Positions 57,343-64,000 of a stretch of 64,000 bases of DNA are shown here, in pieces; positions within the stretch are counted from its first letter, which is position 1, and the number at the start of each line of letters is the position of its first letter. Source of the DNA: Spirochaetales bacterium (GTDB taxonomy: Bacteria; Spirochaetota; Spirochaetia; Treponematales; UBA12059). The stretch covers positions 1 to 64,000 of the forward strand of contig JAFGJV010000037.1 of assembly GCA_016928955.1 (NCBI GenBank), written 5' to 3'. The notes under the pieces were generated by a model that worked only from the letters and a program-made list of their open reading frames with translations, was not told the origin of the DNA and did not search any database. A program made the position numbers and the translations under genes.

Positions 57343-59292
57343 ATGGAAGCGCCTGGCATGGCGACGGAATTCGGACAGAGGCATAGGACGGCGCTTACCT
57401 ATATGCTGAGCGCGCTCACCGGACTGGCGGCCGGCGCCATTATCGTCGCCTACCGATCGAGTATAGCGTTCGTGGAACGGATCCGCGCGGACCTGATGCC
57501 GGAGCTCCTGGCGTCGGCTCCCGCCCTTGGGCTGTGGCTGACCCTGATCGCAGCCGCCTCCTACCTCACCTACCGCCTGGTCAGAGCACGGCCGCTCATC
57601 AAGGGCTCGGGCATACCCCAGGTCAAGGCCATGCTGACCCACCGGGTCAAAGCGTTCTGGGGCACCGAGATACCAGCCAAATTCGCCGGCGGAGTCCTGG
57701 CCCTGGGCACGGGGCTGTCCCTGGGACGGGAAGGACCGTCCATCCATCTGGGCGCCCTCCTGGGGCAAGGGGTTGCCGAACTCAGCCGGCGCCGCGACCT
57801 GGCCCGCTTCCTCATCACCGCGGGCGGGGCGGCCGGCATATCGGCGGCCTTCAACGCCCCCCTGGCCGGCGTCCTTTTTTGCGTGGAGGAACTCCACCGC
57901 TCGGTGTCGCCCACCATGCTGACGGCCAGCCTGATCGCGTCCTTTGCGGCCAACGCGGTCATGTGGCTGGCCTTTGGCAACGCGCCGGTGTTCGCCATCA
58001 CGCTGGACTCGGTCCTTCCCCTGAACAGCTATTTCAGCGTCATCCTCCTCATAGGCGTGGGAACTGGTCTCCTCGGCTGGGTGTTCAACCATGGCATCCT
58101 GGTCTTTCAGTCGCTATCCGCCCGGTGCTTACCCCGGCCGGCGCTCAGGATGCTCTTCATCTTCCTGGCCGGCGCCTGCGTCGCCCTGGCGCTCCCCCTG
58201 GTCAGCGGCGGCGGCGAGCACCTGATAGACCACGTGGTAGAAACCCGGCCGTCTTGGGGGCCCATAGCAGTCCTCCTTGCGGCCAAGCTGGCCTTTACCC
58301 TGTTCAGTTACGCGTCAGGCGCCCCGGGCGGCATCTTCCTGCCCATGCTCGCCATCGGCGCCTTGGCAGGGGCCATGTCACACAGCTGGCTCGCTGGCAT
58401 GGGCGTGGCCGGAGCCTACCTGCATAACTGCGTGCTCCTGGGCATGGCCGGCTTCTTCACGGCCGTGGTCCGCGCGCCCATCACCGGAGCCGTGCTGATC
58501 ACGGAAATGGCCGGTAGCTTTGCCCACTTCCCTGCCTTCATTTTCGTGTCCGTGACCGCTGCACTGACGGCTGGCGCCCTCCGCACCAAGCCCATATACG
58601 ACAGCCTGCTCGCGCGGCTGGAAGGCGGACAGCCCGGGCATGAGTCCCGGCCGGTGGTCATCCACGTGCCCGTGATGGAAGGATCCGTCTTTGACACCTG
58701 CGGCAACGCTGCTGGCATCATGCCGGAAGGCTGTGTATTGGCCGCCATAGAGCGGGGTGACGACGAATTGTTCCCGGCCGCCGACCTGGACATCCAGCCC
58801 GGCGACACGCTCCGGGTGGTGGCCGAATCGAGCCGTGCGTCCAGGCTCAAGGAACAGCTTTTGGACCTGGCCAGCACCTTTGAGGACGCGGAAGCCCTTG
58901 CCGGCCTGGATCTTGCGTCCCTGGTGCGGCCCGCCACGGCGCGCTTGCTCCCGGAGGACGGCCTGGACGCCATGCGGGGGGCACTCGCAGCGTCCGGAGA
59001 CCCTGTGCTGCCGGTTTTCGGAACGGACGGCGGCCTGTTGGGCATCCTGTCCGCTAACGACGTGAAGAACGCCCTCTTTGACCGCCATGTCGAGGGGGCC
59101 GTCATCGTGCTGGACGTCATGCGCTCGCCCGAGCCGGCCAGGATACCGGGCGTCACGCCCGCCGAGCTCTTTGGCCTGTACGAGCGGGCTGGCCTTAACG
59201 CCCTGCCTGCCGTCGACGGCAAGGGCGTTTTTTCCGGCTTTATTTTCAGGGCGGACGTGGTCAACGCGTACCGCGCGGCTATCGTATCCTGA
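57343..59292 (+). CDS. ClC family H+/Cl- antiporter with TrkA-C-like and CBS domains
   Basis: GSGIP, GREGP, FNAPLAG..F..EE, GGIFLP, PIY; then IERGD..I.PGD.L and paired LPV motifs. Confidence 0.9.
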   Translation: MEAPGMATEFGQRHRTALTYMLSALTGLAAGAIIVAYRSSIAFVERIRADLMPELLASAPALGLWLTLIAAASYLTYRLVRARPLIKGSGIPQVKAMLTHRVKAFWGTEIPAKFAGGVLALGTGLSLGREGPSIHLGALLGQGVAELSRRRDLARFLITAGGAAGISAAFNAPLAGVLFCVEELHRSVSPTMLTASLIASFAANAVMWLAFGNAPVFAITLDSVLPLNSYFSVILLIGVGTGLLGWVFNHGILVFQSLSARCLPRPALRMLFIFLAGACVALALPLVSGGGEHLIDHVVETRPSWGPIAVLLAAKLAFTLFSYASGAPGGIFLPMLAIGALAGAMSHSWLAGMGVAGAYLHNCVLLGMAGFFTAVVRAPITGAVLITEMAGSFAHFPAFIFVSVTAALTAGALRTKPIYDSLLARLEGGQPGHESRPVVIHVPVMEGSVFDTCGNAAGIMPEGCVLAAIERGDDELFPAADLDIQPGDTLRVVAESSRASRLKEQLLDLASTFEDAEALAGLDLASLVRPATARLLPEDGLDAMRGALAASGDPVLPVFGTDGGLLGILSANDVKNALFDRHVEGAVIVLDVMRSPEPARIPGVTPAELFGLYERAGLNALPAVDGKGVFSGFIFRADVVNAYRAAIVS

Positions 59293-59348
59293 TAGGGGAA
59301 CCCCGGAAGCAACCGTGGGCCCCCGGGTACGGGCCAGTAGGAGGAACC

Positions 59349-59852
59349 ATGGACCTTCATGAAGCATTGGAGACAGCGGCCTTGTATGAAACCCGCATGA
59401 GGACCCTGTATGAAAACGCGGCCGCTGGCGCGCGCTCGGCGGAGGCTGCCGCCCTGTTCAGGGCCCTGGCCCGCGACGAGGCATCCCACCAGGCGTATAT
59501 AGCCGAGTTGGAGCGCCACCTGGAAGGCGGAACCGTGCCGGAGCTTCCGGCCACCACCTTCCGCGCCCGGGAGGCCGCGGACAAGGCCCGCCTGGCAGCC
59601 GGCATGCCCGCTTCGCTTACGGAGCCTGACGGCGGTGAGTTGAGCGCTCTAGAGGAGGCGTCGCGCGCGGAAAAGGAATCCGCGGAATTCTACCGGCGCC
59701 TGGCGTCGGAACTCCCGCCAGGACCGGCCACCGCCTTTGCCCGCCTTTTGGCCATAGAGGAAGGTCACGGAGCCATTGTGGACGCCGAGCTGGACCTCAG
59801 GAGGGCAAGCGGTTACTGGTTCGACGTCCGCGAATTCGACATGGAGGACTGA
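59349..59852 (+). CDS. Ferritin-like / rubrerythrin-family di-iron protein
   Basis: Two E..Y/ExxH repeats (DEASH, EEGH); SD AGGAGG. Confidence 0.85.
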   Translation: MDLHEALETAALYETRMRTLYENAAAGARSAEAAALFRALARDEASHQAYIAELERHLEGGTVPELPATTFRAREAADKARLAAGMPASLTEPDGGELSALEEASRAEKESAEFYRRLASELPPGPATAFARLLAIEEGHGAIVDAELDLRRASGYWFDVREFDMED

Positions 59853-59863
59853 GCCTGGGGCCT

Positions 59864-59893
59864 TTGACCCGCCCGCCCCTTCCGGGGTACCAT
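59864..59893 (+). promoter_or_regulatory. Sigma70-like promoter of the tup operon
   Basis: TTGACC-18 nt-TACCAT. Confidence 0.5.
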
Positions 59894-59929
59894 GCGCGCG
59901 CAAGGCAGGCGCAGCCTGCCCTCTACCAC

Positions 59930-60050
59930 ACACCCGAACCGGGCTTCCTGCACGCTTACGCGATGGAACCCCGGTCGATGGGCCGGCGCGGAAACGCGCC
60001 TACCTCCCGCCCGGTCGCCAAAGGCGTCCACAGGGCATAGGAAAGGGAAC
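59930..60050 (+). ncRNA. Moco/Tuco (Wco) riboswitch-like leader
   Basis: CCCGA-P2(ACCGGG..CCT..ATGG..CCCGGT)-GGCGCG GAAA CGCGCC-CCTCCC-(GCCC/GGGC)-GGAAAGGG, directly before tupA. Confidence 0.75.
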
Positions 60051-60051
60051 C

Positions 60052-60888
60052 ATGAACCGCACAGCACGCACCGTCATTGTCGTCGCCCTTATGGCCTTGA
60101 TCGCGGCCCTGCCCGCGTTCGCCATGGGGGGCAAGGAAGCACCGGCCAACCCCAAGGTCAGGCTCGCCACCACCACCAGCACGGAAAATTCGGGCCTCCT
60201 TGCGTACATCCTGCCCTACTTCACCGCCGACACGGGGTATACCGTGGACGTGGTGGCCGTGGGCACGGGCGCAGCCCTCAAGCTCGGGGAAAACGCCGAC
60301 GCGGACATCGTCCTGGTGCACGCCCGGGCCCTGGAGGACGCCTTCATGGCGGCCGGCCACGGCACGGAGCGCCGGGACGTCATGTACAACGACTTTATCG
60401 TCCTGGGGCCAGCAGCCGACCCCGCGGGCCTTGCCTCCGCCACCGGCGCCGTGGACGCCTTCAAGCGCATAGCCGCCTCAGGGGCAGGCTTCGTGTCGCG
60501 CGGGGATAATTCTGGCACGGATGTCAAAGAGAAGGACGTTTGGAAGGCAGCTGGCGTGAGCCCCGCTGGCTCCTGGTACAAGGAAGCGGGCCAGGGCATG
60601 GAACAAGTCATCATCATGGCCGACGGCCTGCAAGCATACACCCTGGCCGACCGGGGTACCTGGCTGGCCATCAAGGACAAATCGTCCCTGGTCATCGCCT
60701 ATGAAGGCGACCCAACGCTGTTCAATCCCTACGGCATCATCACCGTGAACCCCGGGAAAAATCCCGCCATCAACGCCGAGGGCGCCCGGGCCCTGCTCCT
60801 GTGGATCACGTCCAAACGCGGGCAGGAGCTCATAGCGTCGTTCAAAGTGGGCGGAGAAATCCTCTTCTTCCCGGACTACCGGCCGTAA
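60052..60888 (+). CDS. tupA: Tungstate ABC transporter substrate-binding protein
   Basis: TTTS tungstate motif (RLATTTSTENSGLL), SRGDNSGT, LFNPY. Confidence 0.93.
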   Translation: MNRTARTVIVVALMALIAALPAFAMGGKEAPANPKVRLATTTSTENSGLLAYILPYFTADTGYTVDVVAVGTGAALKLGENADADIVLVHARALEDAFMAAGHGTERRDVMYNDFIVLGPAADPAGLASATGAVDAFKRIAASGAGFVSRGDNSGTDVKEKDVWKAAGVSPAGSWYKEAGQGMEQVIIMADGLQAYTLADRGTWLAIKDKSSLVIAYEGDPTLFNPYGIITVNPGKNPAINAEGARALLLWITSKRGQELIASFKVGGEILFFPDYRP

Positions 60889-60892
60889 ATCC

Positions 60893-61562
60893 GTGGACGC
60901 TCTGGGCCAGGCCCTGTCCCTGCTCGCTACCGGCGACACGGAAACATGGTGGACCGTGGGCACGACCATCCGTTTTGCCCTCTGGTCCACCCTGTTCTCA
61001 GCCCTGCCGGGCGTGCCCCTGGGAGCGGTCCTCTACCTGGGACGCTTCCGGGGCAAGCGGGCCCTGGCCGCCGCCATCAATGCCAGCATGGCCGTGCCCA
61101 CGGTGGTCATCGGCCTTTTCGTGTATTCCTTCATATCCCGTTCGGGACCCTTGGGCTTCCTCAACATCATGTACGAGCCCGCCGGGGTCATCCTGGGGCA
61201 GTCGCTCCTGGCCCTGCCCCTGGCGGCTGCTATGACGCATACGGGCCTCCAGAAGATGGATCCGCGCTACGCGGAGACCCTCCTCACGCTCGGGGCCGGC
61301 TTCTGGCGACGCCTTTTGGCCATACTGCGGGAGGGGCGCTTTGTGGTCGTGCAGGCCGTGCTGGCCTCTTTCGGGCGGGTAACCGGAGAAGTGGGCGTAT
61401 CCATGATGCTGGGAGGCAACATACGCTGGCACACCCGCACCATGACCACGACCATAGCCCTGGACGCAAGCAAGGGCGAGTTCGAGCGGGCCCTTTCTCT
61501 GGGCGTTGTGCTTTTGGCCGTGGCCCTGACGGTCAACGCTCTTTCCCACCTGGCGGCCCGCG

Positions 61563-61570
<8 letters not shown>
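60893..61570 (+). CDS. tupB: Tungstate ABC transporter permease
   Basis: PTVVIGL, SRSGPLG, EVGVSMMLGGNIR..TRTMTT. Confidence 0.92.
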
Positions 61571-62241
<671 letters not shown>

Positions 62242-62258
<17 letters not shown>

Positions 62259-63417
62259 AGCCCTGAAGATCGTGCTGTCGTGCAGGCAACGGCCGCAGGT
62301 AGAAACCGTGCCCCTGGATCAGGCCCTGGGCCGCGTGCTCGCGGCTCCCGTGGCGTCATCCATGGACCAGCCGCCCTTTTCCAAGGCGGCCGTGGACGGT
62401 TGGGCCTGGAACTCGGAAGCCAGCGGCCTGGCGCCTGAGTCGCTGGCCGTCCGCAACGTCATTGCCGCGGGCGAGTCCGACCAGCGGCCTCTGGGAGCCG
62501 GCGAGACGGTCAAGGTCATGACCGGCGCTCCCCTGCCACCCGGAGCCGACCGCATCCAGAAGGTAGAGTGCGCCCAGGAATCTGACGGCGCGGTGCGCTT
62601 TACCAAGCCGGAGCGCATAGACAACGTCATACAGCGCGGCGAGAACGCCCGCACAGGAGACACCATCGTGTCGCCGCGGCAGCTCGATGCCCAGGATCTG
62701 GCCATACTAGCCGCGGACGGGCGTAACAGAGTGGATGTGGCCGTCCGGCCCGTGGTCGGCGTCCTGTCCACCGGCGCGGAGCTTGCCCAGCCCGGAGAAA
62801 ACCTCAAGCCCGGCTGGATATACGACTCCAACCGTACCCAGCTCGCGGCCCACCTGTCCGGAATAGCTGTCATCAGGGACTTTGGAACTCTCCCCGACGA
62901 CTACGACGCCACCCTGGCGGCGGTCGGCTCGGCCCTCAGCCAGTGCGATGTGCTGGTACTGTCCGGAGGGGTATCCATGGGCGACTATGACTACGTGCCC
63001 AAAGCCTTGGTCGCAGCGGGCGTCCGCACCCTGTTCCACGGCGTGGCGGTCAAGCCCGGCAAGCCGACCTTCTTTGGCACGTCAGCAAAGAGCTACGTGT
63101 TCGGGCTCCCGGGCAACCCGGTGTCTGTCTTTGTCAACACCGAGTTCTTGGTCAAACCCCTGCTGTATGGCCTCCAGGGCGTGGAATACCGCGGCCTGTC
63201 CGCGCCCGTAACCCTCTCGGAAGGCATACGCCGTGGCAGTACCGAGCGGGTGGAGTTCCTTCCTGTCAGCATAGACGCGGACGGCGCCAAACCGGTACCC
63301 TACGGCGGCTCGTCGGCCCTACAGGCTCTGGCCCACGCCTGTGGCTTTGTCAGGCTTGAACAGGGACAGAAAGAAATCAGCGCGGGGAGCGTCGTGCATG
63401 TTCGACTCGTTCGGTAG
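62242..63417 (+). CDS. moeA: Molybdopterin molybdenumtransferase
   Basis: ALGRVLA, MTGAPLP.GAD, STGAEL, SGGVSMGDYD, KPGKP, GLPGNPVS. Confidence 0.95.
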
Positions 63418-64000
63418 GAAAATACATTACCTGCGGATATCGCTGACCGACCGCTGCAACCTGCGCTGCCGCTACTGCATGCCGGCCGAAGGCGTGGCCT
63501 GGCTTCCGCACGAGCGCATCATGAGCCTTGAGAACATGGCCAAGGTGGCAGGGGCAGCCGCCGCCCTGGGCTTTGACAAAATCCGACTCACCGGAGGAGA
63601 ACCGCTGGTGCGTAAAGGCGTCCCCCAGTTCGTGACCATGCTCAGGGACATACCCGGCCTGGACATCATAGCCATGACGACCAACGGGACCCTCCTTGCC
63701 CCCCTGGCCGCCGACCTGGCCCGCCGAGGGCTGTCGTCGGTCAACATATCGCTGGACACCGTGGATCCCGAGCGTTACGCATACGTCACCCGGGGCGGCA
63801 GGCTGGACGACGCCCTCTGTGGCATACGCGCTGCGCGCGACGCCGGCCTGCCTGTCAAGCTGAACGTGGTGGTCGACCCGTCCCGTGACAGCCGTGACCT
63901 GGACGGCGTGCGGGCCTTTTCCGACGAGTTGGGCTGCGCCGTGCAGACCATACGCCAGTACCGCCTGGACCAGGGCAAGCTGGACGACTTCCATTACGAC
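63398..64000 (+). CDS. moaA: GTP 3',8-cyclase MoaA, truncated by the window edge (absent from the ORF track)
   Basis: Translation from ATG 63398: MFDSFGRKIHYLRISLTDRCNLRCRYCMP..KIRLTGGEPLVR..TTNG..VNISLDT. Confidence 0.95.
   Translation, partial: MFDSFGRKIHYLRISLTDRCNLRCRYCMPAEGVAWLPHERIMSLENMAKVAGAAAALGFDKIRLTGGEPLVRKGVPQFVTMLRDIPGLDIIAMTTNGTLLAPLAADLARRGLSSVNISLDTVDPERYAYVTRGGRLDDALCGIRAARDAGLPVKLNVVVDPSRDSRDLDGVRAFSDELGCAVQTIRQYRLDQGKLDDFHYD

Overview
GC-rich bacterial chromosomal segment, most likely from a free-living spirochete. This is inferred from the rplU-prp-rpmA-obgE-nadD-yqeK-LCP-rsfS/ispE-spoVG-tRNA-Gln-rplY-tilS-ftsH cluster, the E-C-A-B-D-I-K V-ATPase operon and a PilZN3-like gene. 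Most of the window is core genes (also argS, ligA, mfd, ispG, tRNA-Gly). Accessory content includes: an 8-kb coupled operon (LoaP-like antiterminator, PglF/PglE-like sugar enzymes, divergent xanthine-dehydrogenase-family trio, methyltransferase, PilZ-like protein); ABC transporters; CoA-disulfide reductase plus rhodanese; fused FTCD; a ClC transporter; and tupABC-moeA-moaA behind a Moco/Tuco-type leader RNA. No CRISPR array, integrase or transposase is visible. The best leads are a 6-copy dispersed inverted-repeat element, an uncharacterised tandem paralog pair of membrane-anchored proteins, a candidate structured sRNA/11-aa peptide and an attenuator-like uORF beside tRNA-Gly, a Prp protease whose neighbouring L27 has no cleavable leader, an inverted-repeat insert inside the V-ATPase operon, and probable leaderless ispE/ispG. 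All calls are by eye from motifs; no database search was run. Start codons were trimmed by hand and are approximate.
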